A DNA stretch of 64,000 nt from an uncultured Spirochaetota bacterium (lineage in GTDB: Bacteria > Spirochaetota > Brevinematia > Brevinematales > JAOACQ01), in NCBI GenBank assembly GCA_963835575.1, contig CAWIGG010000002.1, forward strand, positions 1,792,001-1,856,000. The letters are read 5' to 3'. A model generated the notes under the pieces. That model made no database searches. It worked only from the letters and a program-made list of their open reading frames with translations, and had not been told where the DNA came from. Below are positions 29,336-39,103 of this stretch, in pieces. A program made the translations under genes and the position numbers. The stretch's first letter is position 1. Every line of letters starts with the position of its first letter.

Positions 29336-30213
29336 ATTGAGTAGGAGGCGGGTTTACACCCGCCGACCTCTCACACCACCGTACGTACGGTTCCGTATAC
29401 GGCGGTTCCAAAATATAATTTCTGATAAATACAAATCTTGTTCAGCATCGATACGAGTCCCATACTGTCGAATAATTTCTTAGGAAAGGCGATGTTCATA
29501 TGTTTGTTGATGAAGCCTTTTAGCTGTTTTACAGTGACTCCGTCAACTCCCGCCGCCCCCTTATTGCTTACCACCCTGTGATAAGCTTCCAGCATGTTCT
29601 CGCGTTTGACCAGACGCTCTATTAAATTTGTTTCATCCGGTGTACTCCTTCTTTGACTCTCTGCACGGATACACGCGCTTTGGCTATTCTTCGGAATTCC
29701 GTCCCTATCCTTTGTCAAAGCCGGAAAGTTTCCTTCCGCTTCTGCGTAAGTTACCGTGTCAGGATTCATAGCGGTACTCCTATAGTTTGGTTCTGCCCTT
29801 CGCCTCCGGTCAAGAGGTTACTATGGCTTCTGCTGACTTCTGAAAACCCCTCTTATCACCTTTCGATGACAATAGCCAATATGTGGCAGGCTGTCAGACC
29901 TCCCCGGGTAATGCGCTCGTTCCTTCACACTTATGTCTGCCGCATCTACGTCATTGCTTTCTGTGTAAGTATCGGGCTTTAACGATAATTGCCGTCTCAC
30001 CCAGCAGTGCCGCCTCTATGCGGTTTCTGTTCGTCAGACCAGTGCTTTGCCTGCAGCTTCCTTCAGATTCCGCCTCACGGCGGACACCCTTGCCGTCTGT
30101 CCCTCACCAGTTTGTCCGGCTGCCCGGAGAAGTTCACAAACTGGTGAGGGATTCCCCTTACCGGGTGCATACGGGACTTTCACCCGCAAGAACGTGCGCC
30201 CTGCCGGGCGCAC
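29336..30213 (-). mobile_element. Class C (IIC) group II intron, internally deleted (878 nt)
   Basis: 5' GTGCGCCC directly after a terminator; domain I 'GGCAAGGGTGTCCG..GGAATCTGAAGGAAGC'; short domain V 'GAACCGCCGTATACGGAACCGTACGTACGGTGGTG', domain VI and 3' end CTACTCAAT. Confidence 0.92.
29371..29769 (-). pseudogene. Intron reverse transcriptase/maturase remnant (RT0 fused in frame to the end of domain X)
   Basis: 'ENMLEAYHRVVSNKGAAGVDGVTV' then 'AFPKKLFDSMGLVSM'; RT1-7 and YADD are absent. Confidence 0.88.
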
Positions 30214-30247
30214 AATAAAAAAGGCCCCCTTCTTGAAGGAAGCCTTT
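30214..30247 (-). terminator. Intrinsic terminator of the sigma-vWA operon; intron target site
   Basis: AAGGCTTCCTT-caag-AAGGGGGCCTT followed by TTTTATT, then the intron 5' end. Confidence 0.85.
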
Positions 30248-30262
30248 ATCTTATAATACCAT

Positions 30263-32353
30263 TTATTTATTCTTATTAAGCTCTTCTGAAAGCTTCACAA
30301 GCTGAATAAACTCGCGGCGGTAGCCTTCCGTATCCTGCCCGGTCGATTGGGACGCCAGTTCGATGACGTTATCGAAGCTCGATTTCTCTTTGTATTTTGA
30401 ATTCCGGAGGATCTGCCCCCACTCCGCCACGGAAGCGGCAAACCGGTAGTCGCCGGTTGTTTTATTGAGTTCAAGCGGCACATTTTTTACCGGATAAACG
30501 AGAAGCCGGCTTGTGTCCTCTTTCGGCTTTTTATAGCGGAATTTGATTGTCATCAATTCATCCTTCGCGGCGGCGCTTTCGTTGATCACGGTTGTCTGGT
30601 ATCTCAGGCCGTTCGTTCCGGTTTCCTTTTCAGCGGGAATGATCTCATAAAGCACTGTCACGCTGTGGCCGGCGCCGAGCTCCCCGGCGTCTTTTTTATC
30701 ATCGTCAAAATCCCGCGCGTTCAGGACGCGTTTTTCATAGCCGATCATACGGTACTGCCCGACAACGGCCGGGTTGAACTCGATCTGGATTTTCACATCC
30801 TTGGCTATTGTCAGAAGGGTCCCGCCCATCTGATTCACAAGCACCTTTTTAGCCTCGGAAAGTGTGTCGATATAAGCATAATTGCCGTTACCCTTGTCGG
30901 CGAGCTTGACCATCTTGGAGTCTTTATAATTACCCATGCCGAAGCCGAGTACCGTCAGGAATATGCCTTCATCCCGCTTCTCTTCGATCATGCGCACAAG
31001 CTCACCGTCGCTCGAAGGACCGACGTTAAAATCGCCGTCCGTTGCTAAAATCACGCGGTTGTTGCCGTTCGCATTGTAATACTTCTTTGCCGTTTCGTAG
31101 GCCAGCAGTATCCCTTCGCCTCCGGCCGTCGAACCGCCGGCCTCAAGCCCGTCGATGGCCGCCAGAATTTTCTTTTTGTCCCCGCCGGATGTCGGGGTAA
31201 GGACAAGCCCTGCGTTCCCGGCGTAAACAACAATGGCGATCCTGTCAATAGAGCGCATCTGCTGAACAAGCATCTTCAATGAAGCCTTGACCAGAGGAAG
31301 CTTATTCTCGTCTTCCATGGAGCCGGAGACATCTATCAGAAATACAAGGTTATTCGGAGGCAGATTTTTAACATCCACTTTTCTGGCCTGTAGCCCGACC
31401 CTCAGAAGCATATGCTTTTTATTCCATGGGCAGACGGAATATTCCGTATTGAAAGCCATGGGATCGTCATTCTTCGGCTCGGCGTAATCATAGGAGAAAT
31501 AATTGACCAGTTCCTCTATCCGTACAGCGTCAGGGTATGGAAGCTGTCCCTCGTTCAGGAACCGGCGCACATTGGCGTAGGAAGCCGTGTCGACATCGAT
31601 GGACAATGTGGAGAGCGGCTCTTTTACCGCTTCCTGGAAATCGTTTTCAACTATATTGTCATACGCTTCCGTATTGAAGTCCTGTTTCATCCGCAGTTGA
31701 TTATAAGCTTTCAGAGCCGGTATTTCTTTTTTCTTTTCCACTCCGGCCGGGGTTTCTCTTTCAGAACTCACAGGCGCGAAGCTCAACTCCGTGTCTTTCA
31801 TCGGGCCTTTCGAATCATCAACACTTCTTTTTCCCGCGACTACGCTTTTATCCATTGTCACAGGTTCCGCCGGAATATTTTTATTTTGAGAAGGTTTGTA
31901 TTCCGCACGGTTTTCCGGCTGTTTTGTTTCATCGACCTTATTATTCCCGTAATAGACGGCCGGATGATTTTGAGTCTGATGAGTTGACTCTTTTGTCAGA
32001 TTCTCCCGGGATTCTTCAGCTAATCCGGTCTTTAACTGAATCTCTTTATGGCCCGGCCTGACATAAAACATGGTTATCGCGATGATGACGCAGAAAGCCA
32101 GGGCGGCTGAAGCGGCGCGGAAGGCCCCGCTTCTCCAGAGCGAAAGGAGGAAAAAACGTTTTTTATTTTCTCTTCCGCTGAATTTAGCGAGCAGTTCCCG
32201 CTTGAGGTCCTTTTCGAATTTTTTGTTTATCACAACATGCGGTTTAGAGGATAGAAGTTCGCCTATCGCCTTTTTCAAATCCTCCTCCTTATCCCGCAGA
32301 CCGGGATCAATGCTGTAAAGTTCTTTTAAAATCATCTGAATTCTCTTTTCCAT
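30263..32353 (-). CDS. Membrane-anchored vWA-domain protein (YfbK-like, DUF3520), possible anti-sigma partner
   Basis: One TM helix; '[12 protein letters not shown]', MIDAS 'DVSGSM', '[11 protein letters not shown]', '[12 protein letters not shown]'; RBS GGAG before MEKR. Confidence 0.88.
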   Translation of the reverse strand: MEKRIQMILKELYSIDPGLRDKEEDLKKAIGELLSSKPHVVINKKFEKDLKRELLAKFSGRENKKRFFLLSLWRSGAFRAASAALAFCVIIAITMFYVRPGHKEIQLKTGLAEESRENLTKESTHQTQNHPAVYYGNNKVDETKQPENRAEYKPSQNKNIPAEPVTMDKSVVAGKRSVDDSKGPMKDTELSFAPVSSERETPAGVEKKKEIPALKAYNQLRMKQDFNTEAYDNIVENDFQEAVKEPLSTLSIDVDTASYANVRRFLNEGQLPYPDAVRIEELVNYFSYDYAEPKNDDPMAFNTEYSVCPWNKKHMLLRVGLQARKVDVKNLPPNNLVFLIDVSGSMEDENKLPLVKASLKMLVQQMRSIDRIAIVVYAGNAGLVLTPTSGGDKKKILAAIDGLEAGGSTAGGEGILLAYETAKKYYNANGNNRVILATDGDFNVGPSSDGELVRMIEEKRDEGIFLTVLGFGMGNYKDSKMVKLADKGNGNYAYIDTLSEAKKVLVNQMGGTLLTIAKDVKIQIEFNPAVVGQYRMIGYEKRVLNARDFDDDKKDAGELGAGHSVTVLYEIIPAEKETGTNGLRYQTTVINESAAAKDELMTIKFRYKKPKEDTSRLLVYPVKNVPLELNKTTGDYRFAASVAEWGQILRNSKYKEKSSFDNVIELASQSTGQDTEGYRREFIQLVKLSEELNKNK

Positions 32354-32364
32354 AATTTTCTCCG

Positions 32365-32961
32365 TTAATGCAGAATTTTGTAAAACAAAAACGCGAGAAA
32401 GAGATTGAGGGGCATCGCCTCGCGGAGATAGTCCATTGCCCGTCTGAAGATCATCTTGCATGAGGCTTCGGATTTTCCCATCCAGCGCGATATTTCGCGG
32501 TACGGCACATCGTCCCAGACGCGGAGCAGAACGATCTCGCGCTCGGTGCCGGATAGTTTCGCGAAATACGGCTTGAGCCTTTCCCAGAGAAGGGAGTTTT
32601 CAGCGTCCAGTTCGAGGTTTTTGCCGTCGGATATGTCCCAGACATCCTCGATATCGACAGTTTTTTTTCTCCGGCGGTAAAAATCCATCAGGGCATTGCG
32701 CGCGATACCGTAGATCCATGCCGAAAAATTCCCCGCCTCCGGCCGGAAGGTGGAAAGCTTTTCCAGCGCTTTTAAAAACACGGCGCTCGTCAGGTCCTCA
32801 GCCGTTTCCCTGTGCAGGCAGCGGTAATACAGATAGAAATAGATTTTTTTAAAGAACTGGCCGTACAATTTCTCAAACGCTTCCGGTCTGCCCTTTTGGG
32901 CAAGCATTGCCCATTTTTCGGCGCTGTCCTCTTGAAAATCACCGCTTCCGCTCCGATCCAT
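32365..32961 (-). CDS. ECF RNA polymerase sigma factor
   Basis: Region 2 'AEDLTSAVFLKA...FSAWIYGIARN', region 4 'YREISRWMGKSEASCK'. Confidence 0.9.
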   Translation of the reverse strand: MDRSGSGDFQEDSAEKWAMLAQKGRPEAFEKLYGQFFKKIYFYLYYRCLHRETAEDLTSAVFLKALEKLSTFRPEAGNFSAWIYGIARNALMDFYRRRKKTVDIEDVWDISDGKNLELDAENSLLWERLKPYFAKLSGTEREIVLLRVWDDVPYREISRWMGKSEASCKMIFRRAMDYLREAMPLNLFLAFLFYKILH

Positions 32962-33441
32962 TCATATCTCCTTTTACCAGCGTTTCTGTTTACATATGTA
33001 CTACGGAAAAGGAAGAAAAAAGTAACCGGTTTATTTTACCGGCCAGTTTAAAATATCACAAAATTTATTTCTGCAAATTTAAAACCGCACCGAACTTAAT
33101 AAGGGGTATCGCTTCACGGAAGACCGGATAATCCGCTAATGAACGCGAAGGGGGAATTGCATAAGGTGTATTTTTATTTTGATGTATTTATCAAGCCTTC
33201 CGAAATGCAGCAATACCTTTTAAGTGGATTTATTTTAAAGCAATTCGAATATTTGTTTTTTATTTATAAAAAAGCTAAAATTTCCCGATAGAAAACAAAG
33301 AAAAATCATTATTCATTTGAAAATTATATTTTACGCTTCCAATTTAGAAAAGAGATTCCGGTTTTATAACATTTAAATAAATGCGGCTTTACAATAATAA
33401 TTCCGGATATTTCAATTTAAAAATAAGGGGAAAGCATACAG

Positions 33442-35919
33442 ATGGCCGTCAAAAAAAGAATGACCATAGCGCTTCTAATCGACTGGCTGAACACGCCCTA
33501 TCATATGGAGATTCTTTCCGGCGTTGCTGATTATTCGGAAAAGAATGATATCAACCTTATCTGCATCGCCGGAGGCAGGCTGGAAGCGCCATTCGAATGG
33601 GAAAAGAACAGGAATGTCCTCTATGATTTTGTCGACCATGAAAGGATTGACGGGCTTGTGGTGGCGGCGCCATCGCTTGCCAATTACGCCGGAAATTCAA
33701 TCCTTGAAAATCTTCTCAAGCGCTTTATAAACATCCCCATGGTCAATCTCGGGGAAAACCTGCTCAACATTCCGGCGGTTTTACTGGACAATGAATCCGG
33801 AATCCGCGAGGTCATGAAGCATATGGCGGAATATCATGGCTACAAGCGGATCGCTTTTATATCCGGTCTTTCAGTCAGTACCGAGGCCAGCATCAGGCTT
33901 AACGCCTACAGAGAGATGCTTTCTCATTACGGTCTTCCGTATGAGCCTGAACTGGTTTATGAGGGAAATTTCAGCTTCAATTCCGGAAAGGACGCCATCA
34001 GGGAACTGCTGGATATCAGAAAAGTCAAAATGGACGCCATTGTATCGGCTAACGATCATATGGCCCTTGGTATTATTAACGAACTGCAGATGCGGGGAAA
34101 GATCGCCTCGGAAATCATGCCGATAGCCGGCTATGATGACATCAGCGACAGCAAGAGCGCGAAGCTGACCACGGTACACCAGCCGACGAGCGAGCAGGCC
34201 AGTCTTGCCGCCGAGCTTCTTGTCAGAATGATAAAAGGCGAAAAAATCCCGATGATCACACGGATGCCGACGGAAATCGTCATCCGCGAGTCCTGCGGGT
34301 GCTATTCAGCCGGCGTTTCATCAGCCGTCATCGGGAACTATACGCTCAAGGGCGATATTTTCGACAAATCTTTCAATAAAAATAAGGATGTCATTATTTC
34401 AAAGATCGCACAGACGGATATCGCCGCCTCGGGCTGGAATAAAAAATGGACCGCCGAGTGTTCGGCCAGGCTATTGGATTCACTGGCTCATATCTTCAGC
34501 GGGGAAAAATCCGCATCATTTTTATCGGAATGGAACCATATAATTCAGGAATGTTATGAAAATAATGAAAATCTTTCCAATCTGCATATATTGCTTTCCA
34601 TCTTCAGAAAAAATATTCTTCCATATATCAAAAGCAGACAGACACTGGGCCAGCTGGAAGACATGTTACAGGAAGCGAGGATCATGATAGGCGATGCCAT
34701 CCAAAAAACTGACCTCTTCACAAAGATCCTGGAGACATCCAAGCTGGAGCACCTGAATGATTTTGGGGCAAAACTCACCAGTACTTTCGATCTGGAACAG
34801 CAGTTCGACATCATTCAATCGGAATTGACCTCTCTCGGGATCAACAGCTGTTTTATCTCATTGTACAGTTTCCCTGAAAATCCGGTAAAAGAAGCGCGGC
34901 TTGTTTTCGGATTTCAGGACGGTCTTCGGCTGAACCTTCCCCAGGGCGGAACTTCTTTTCTTCCCAATGAAATCATTCCTTCAACGCTTATCCGGAATGA
35001 CCGTCGCTTTACCTATATTCTTGAAAACATGTTTCACAGGACATCACAGCTCGGCTTTATTGTCATTGAATACGGGCCGAAGGACAACAGGATATACGAG
35101 ATCATCCGCACCAAGATCAACGACAGCATCATGGGTACTATTATGTTCGAAAATATACAGAAGCAGGCAGACAGCCTTGAACAGCAGGTGCGGGAGAGAA
35201 CTTCAGAACTCTACAACACAAACGCGAGGCTCAATATTGAGATCCAGGAAAAGCGCATCGCTGAGGAAAAGCTCAAAAAAAGCGAGGAGAGGTTCCGTGA
35301 AATGGCGCTCCTTCTTCCCTCCGTGATCGTGGAAACCGATGTTTCGTTAAGGATTCATTTCCTGAATAAAGCCGGTTATGATCTTTTAGAGATCGGCGAC
35401 GATGATATCAGAAAAGGCATTTCTTTCCTTGATTTCATAGTGGAGGAAGAGCGACCAAGGGTTATAGAATACGCCGATAAAACGCTTCATAATGAAATAA
35501 CCAGCTTTTCAGAATTCCGTATCCAGAAAAAGGATGGTTCCAGAGTCACTTTTCTTGCCAAAACTGCCCCGCTCTATCTTGAAAATATGATCCAGGGGAT
35601 CCGCTGGAACGCGATCGACATCAAGCCGCTGGTCCTGACTGTTTTTGAACCCGGCGAATCCCTGTTTAAGGAATATTCTTTTACTCAAAGGGAAAAGGCG
35701 ATCGTGACTCACATCATTCAAGGTTACAAGAATAAAGAGATTGCGGCGGCTTTGTTCATACAGGAAGGCACTGTCAAAGATCATATTACATCCATATTCT
35801 CAAAAATAGACGTAAAAAACCGTGAGGAATTTTTTGATAAGCTCAAAAATTACCAGATCAAGCGCTTCGGATATAACTCATTCATTTTTTCCCTTCTCAG
35901 CAACATCTTGAAAGATTAA
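33442..35919 (+). CDS. One-component regulator: LacI-type sugar-binding domain + PAS + C-terminal LuxR HTH
   Basis: 'DAIVSANDHMALG', 'LTTVHQP', 'IRESCGC'; PAS region; 'FTQREKAIV..IIQGYKNKEIAAALFIQEGTVKDHITSIFSK'. Confidence 0.88.
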   Translation: MAVKKRMTIALLIDWLNTPYHMEILSGVADYSEKNDINLICIAGGRLEAPFEWEKNRNVLYDFVDHERIDGLVVAAPSLANYAGNSILENLLKRFINIPMVNLGENLLNIPAVLLDNESGIREVMKHMAEYHGYKRIAFISGLSVSTEASIRLNAYREMLSHYGLPYEPELVYEGNFSFNSGKDAIRELLDIRKVKMDAIVSANDHMALGIINELQMRGKIASEIMPIAGYDDISDSKSAKLTTVHQPTSEQASLAAELLVRMIKGEKIPMITRMPTEIVIRESCGCYSAGVSSAVIGNYTLKGDIFDKSFNKNKDVIISKIAQTDIAASGWNKKWTAECSARLLDSLAHIFSGEKSASFLSEWNHIIQECYENNENLSNLHILLSIFRKNILPYIKSRQTLGQLEDMLQEARIMIGDAIQKTDLFTKILETSKLEHLNDFGAKLTSTFDLEQQFDIIQSELTSLGINSCFISLYSFPENPVKEARLVFGFQDGLRLNLPQGGTSFLPNEIIPSTLIRNDRRFTYILENMFHRTSQLGFIVIEYGPKDNRIYEIIRTKINDSIMGTIMFENIQKQADSLEQQVRERTSELYNTNARLNIEIQEKRIAEEKLKKSEERFREMALLLPSVIVETDVSLRIHFLNKAGYDLLEIGDDDIRKGISFLDFIVEEERPRVIEYADKTLHNEITSFSEFRIQKKDGSRVTFLAKTAPLYLENMIQGIRWNAIDIKPLVLTVFEPGESLFKEYSFTQREKAIVTHIIQGYKNKEIAAALFIQEGTVKDHITSIFSKIDVKNREEFFDKLKNYQIKRFGYNSFIFSLLSNILKD

Positions 35920-36019
35920 TACCATCTAGTTAATGGAAATCGTCAACCCTCTTTACCATCTAACTCATTTCAAAACAAGTAATTATTAAATTTTTATGAT
36001 GCAACATACTCAATAACCG

Positions 36020-36285
36020 CCCTTAAGTCGGGTAAGATCACGACCAATGGTCGGGTATTTTTATGACCATGAGTGGGTTAAAAAAGAATTAGTCCCTTCT
36101 TATAATATATGCGGATGAAATGGGGAAAAGCTCTCCCGGAAAGAAGAATTCATAAATAATCAACCCCGCCTTTTTTTTATATAGGATTATAAACTTCAGG
36201 CGAACATAATTCAAAATTAAAAAACCGATAAAATGCTTTTGCTTATGGATATTTTTAAAATGGAGGTCTTTATGACTGATAAAAC
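36020..36285 (+). promoter_or_regulatory. Duplicated upstream region of the GH8 genes, with three phased GGGT boxes (copy 2 at 41770-42046)
   Basis: Near-identical ~265 bp at offset ~5750; GTCGGGTA, GTCGGGTA, GTGGGTT spaced 23 and 22 bp. Confidence 0.75.
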
Positions 36286-38590
36286 AAGTAAACTTTCTCA
36301 AAAAAAGTTGTTCTTCTTGTTTTTTACTGCCTTGATTTTTCTCATTCTTTCAGGATGCGCCATGAATCCGGGAAACGGATCCGGCGGCGGCTCTTCGGGA
36401 AATTCCGGAGGCCATAATGGTAATGCGGGAATTCAGAACAGCTTTGCGGCCCTTCCCAACACATATCATTACGGCTTGCAGTATGCCGCGTCGCGTCTGA
36501 GCGACGCCGCCTTTGCGGGGGAGTATAATTCCTGGAAAAACACCTATATTGCGTATCCTGACGCTTCCTCCGCGAGGGTTAAGCGGGACATCGCCACCAG
36601 TTATGATACCGTGTCGGAAGGAATAGGTTACGGAATGCTCCTGGCGGTATATTTTCACGATCAGACGTTATTTGACCGCCTGTTCAACTATATGGCGCTT
36701 CATACCAACAAATCAGGCTTGATGCACTGGAGGGTCAGAAACGATAACATTAATATTGATGAGTTCGGGTTTGTAGTACCCTATAAAGATAACTTGTACA
36801 CGAACGCGGGGGCAACGGTTACAAATACTCTGGCCGTTCTGACAGCCACTGGTTATAGCCCCTCACAACTCGGGCAGTTCTCGGTAAACGGCAGGGGGTT
36901 AACAACCGCCTCGGACGCCGATCAGGACATGGCCCTGGCGCTCTGCATGGCCGCTAAAAGCTGGGTCTTATCCAAATATATTAATGGAAAGCCTTACTAC
37001 TTTGACCTGGCCACCAATATGATCGCTAGCATTATGCACTATGATATGCATCCCGGCTGGCTTAATACAGGACCCCTTTTCCTGGGCGCGGGCTGCTATC
37101 AGAACTATGACGGCTATTTGGGTACCTGGGGAGGTCTCTATACCGGATCCGGTTCAGTTGTCGCGCAAAATCAAGCCGGCTGGGACCCTTCTTATTATAT
37201 GCCCGCCTGGTATCCCGTGTTCAAGCTGTTAACCGGCGACGCCCAATGGGACCAGCTTAACGCTACTATGAGGACGCACAGCGATTATGTCAGCGCGGCC
37301 GACGCCGGGACCGGCCTCTTTCCGGACTGGTGCGACACATCATCAGGTGCATGTGTAAGAACGACGTTATGCAGCGAAATGGGCCCTCAGAGCTTTAACT
37401 TCTATTACGACGCCGTGCGCGTGCCGTGGAGAATGGCTATGGCCTACAGCTGGTTCCAGGATACGAAAGCACTGACAATAGCCGATCAAATTGCCACATT
37501 TTTTAATTCCAAGTTCTATGCAGATAACATTTATGACGGCTACACAATAACCGGCGGACCCTGGGCTGCTTCTCTGGCCGATCCGGGCAGCACGGCAAAC
37601 GGAGGGGTCGACCACTCTCCCGTGTTCTACGCCATGATAGCCGCGAGCACGCTGCCTTACGGCGATTCTGCCTATGCAAGCGATTTCTGCACGAAGGTTA
37701 TAAGTTCGTGGACCGATCCGGGTTCCACATATCATTATTTCGGAAATACCCTCAGGCTTCTCTCGCTTCTCTATCTATCGGGGGCCTTTATCAATCTTTA
37801 TGATAACAATAATTATACAGCGGTACCCGGCCAGGTAAACGCCGTGGATTATATCTTTAAGAATGCCACAAACCAATTGACCAATATCAATAATATCAAT
37901 TATATTATGCAAAATAGTTCCGCGGAATTCCTGATAAGTAATATGGCATCCTCCCCATACGCTCTGTTCAGCATTGCTGTTAATATTCTGGCAGATCCTA
38001 AAATGCCTCCCGGAACTTATGCGTCCCCATATTATCCTTATTATTACTGTTATGTCGATGGGGAATGTGTTCCGATGAATTCAAGCACTATTCAGCTTAC
38101 GCCGGGTTTGCACACAATAAAGATTGAATGCCATTCTTACGTTTACCTTAACTCATTCAATATCAGTTATCTGCAGGATTCTCCAATTACAACAATACCC
38201 GCGACCATCGATCCGAACAATTACGCCCTGTTGCACCCGAGTGCCAGCCTCAGTGTTAGGGACCCGCGTTTACCGGGAATCCCCGTGGTTGTCTCTTTTG
38301 GAGCTCCTTATACCGGTACACCGTATGTGGAATATATTGTCAACGCGCCCTCCGCCGGACAATATACCGTCAGCGCGCCGGTTTACAACAATTATTTTGC
38401 CAACAACAATATCTCCATTACTTCCGGAAACAACCTGCTGGGTAATATGGGGCCTATCCCTAACTCGGCATCTGTTCAAACTTTAAGCACTACAATAACC
38501 TTAAGCGCGGGTAACCAGCGTCTCCGTTTTAGCTCCGCATATGATGAGATGGGGCCTATCACAATCAGTCAAGGTGGTGGCAACTTATAA
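36272..38590 (+). CDS. GH8 glycoside hydrolase lipoprotein with C-terminal beta-sandwich (CBM-like) modules
   Basis: Lipobox LSGC; 'DTVSEGIGYGML', 'ASDADQDMA', 'PSYYMP', 'YYDAVRVPWR'; RBS GGAGG before MTDK. Confidence 0.88.
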   Translation: MTDKTSKLSQKKLFFLFFTALIFLILSGCAMNPGNGSGGGSSGNSGGHNGNAGIQNSFAALPNTYHYGLQYAASRLSDAAFAGEYNSWKNTYIAYPDASSARVKRDIATSYDTVSEGIGYGMLLAVYFHDQTLFDRLFNYMALHTNKSGLMHWRVRNDNINIDEFGFVVPYKDNLYTNAGATVTNTLAVLTATGYSPSQLGQFSVNGRGLTTASDADQDMALALCMAAKSWVLSKYINGKPYYFDLATNMIASIMHYDMHPGWLNTGPLFLGAGCYQNYDGYLGTWGGLYTGSGSVVAQNQAGWDPSYYMPAWYPVFKLLTGDAQWDQLNATMRTHSDYVSAADAGTGLFPDWCDTSSGACVRTTLCSEMGPQSFNFYYDAVRVPWRMAMAYSWFQDTKALTIADQIATFFNSKFYADNIYDGYTITGGPWAASLADPGSTANGGVDHSPVFYAMIAASTLPYGDSAYASDFCTKVISSWTDPGSTYHYFGNTLRLLSLLYLSGAFINLYDNNNYTAVPGQVNAVDYIFKNATNQLTNINNINYIMQNSSAEFLISNMASSPYALFSIAVNILADPKMPPGTYASPYYPYYYCYVDGECVPMNSSTIQLTPGLHTIKIECHSYVYLNSFNISYLQDSPITTIPATIDPNNYALLHPSASLSVRDPRLPGIPVVVSFGAPYTGTPYVEYIVNAPSAGQYTVSAPVYNNYFANNNISITSGNNLLGNMGPIPNSASVQTLSTTITLSAGNQRLRFSSAYDEMGPITISQGGGNL

Positions 38591-38608
38591 AGGGGTTCAC
38601 TTATATTC

Positions 38609-38643
38609 AAAGCGCGGGCCGGTTTTCCCGGCCCGCGCTTTTT
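38609..38643 (+). terminator. Intrinsic terminator
   Basis: AAAGCGCGGGCCGG-tttt-cCCGGCCCGCGCTTT followed by Ts. Confidence 0.85.
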
Positions 38644-39103
38644 ATTTAAAACCGATGGAATTAAATATCCGTTTTTTTATCATCGTTATTTAAGCCGGAG
38701 GCATTATATAGAACCGGATATCGGTCATGTGAAAAGCGATTGTTCTCTCGGCCGTAACTACTTAAAAGGAAAAGAAGAGCTTCCCATTACATGCATAAAA
38801 TAAAAAAGGAGAATTTTTATGAAAAAGAACATGATTGTTTCCATAATGCTGATTACTTTGAGTGTTATGATCGCGGCTTGTTCTTCGTCACCAGGTTCTT
38901 CGTCTTCGGGTTCAGGTGGAGGGTCATTATCATCGAACTCATCGTCTTCTTCTGTTTCGTCATCATCGTCAAGCTTTAAATCTTCAAGATCCAGTTCCAG
39001 TTCTTCTTCATCGGCCGGGGGAACCAATTACATTTCTGCCAACATCGGTACGTTGAGGTATGTCCCCGCCGGTACTTTCCAACGGGATGCTACAGCCGCT
39101 AAC

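Noticed and set aside
29371..29769. RT fragment as the DGR reverse transcriptase for the FGE target
   Set aside because: It lies within group II intron domains, lacks the catalytic core, and has no template repeat or avd gene nearby.
29653..30256. Plus-strand ORFs over the intron
   Set aside because: These are antisense readings of structured intron RNA.
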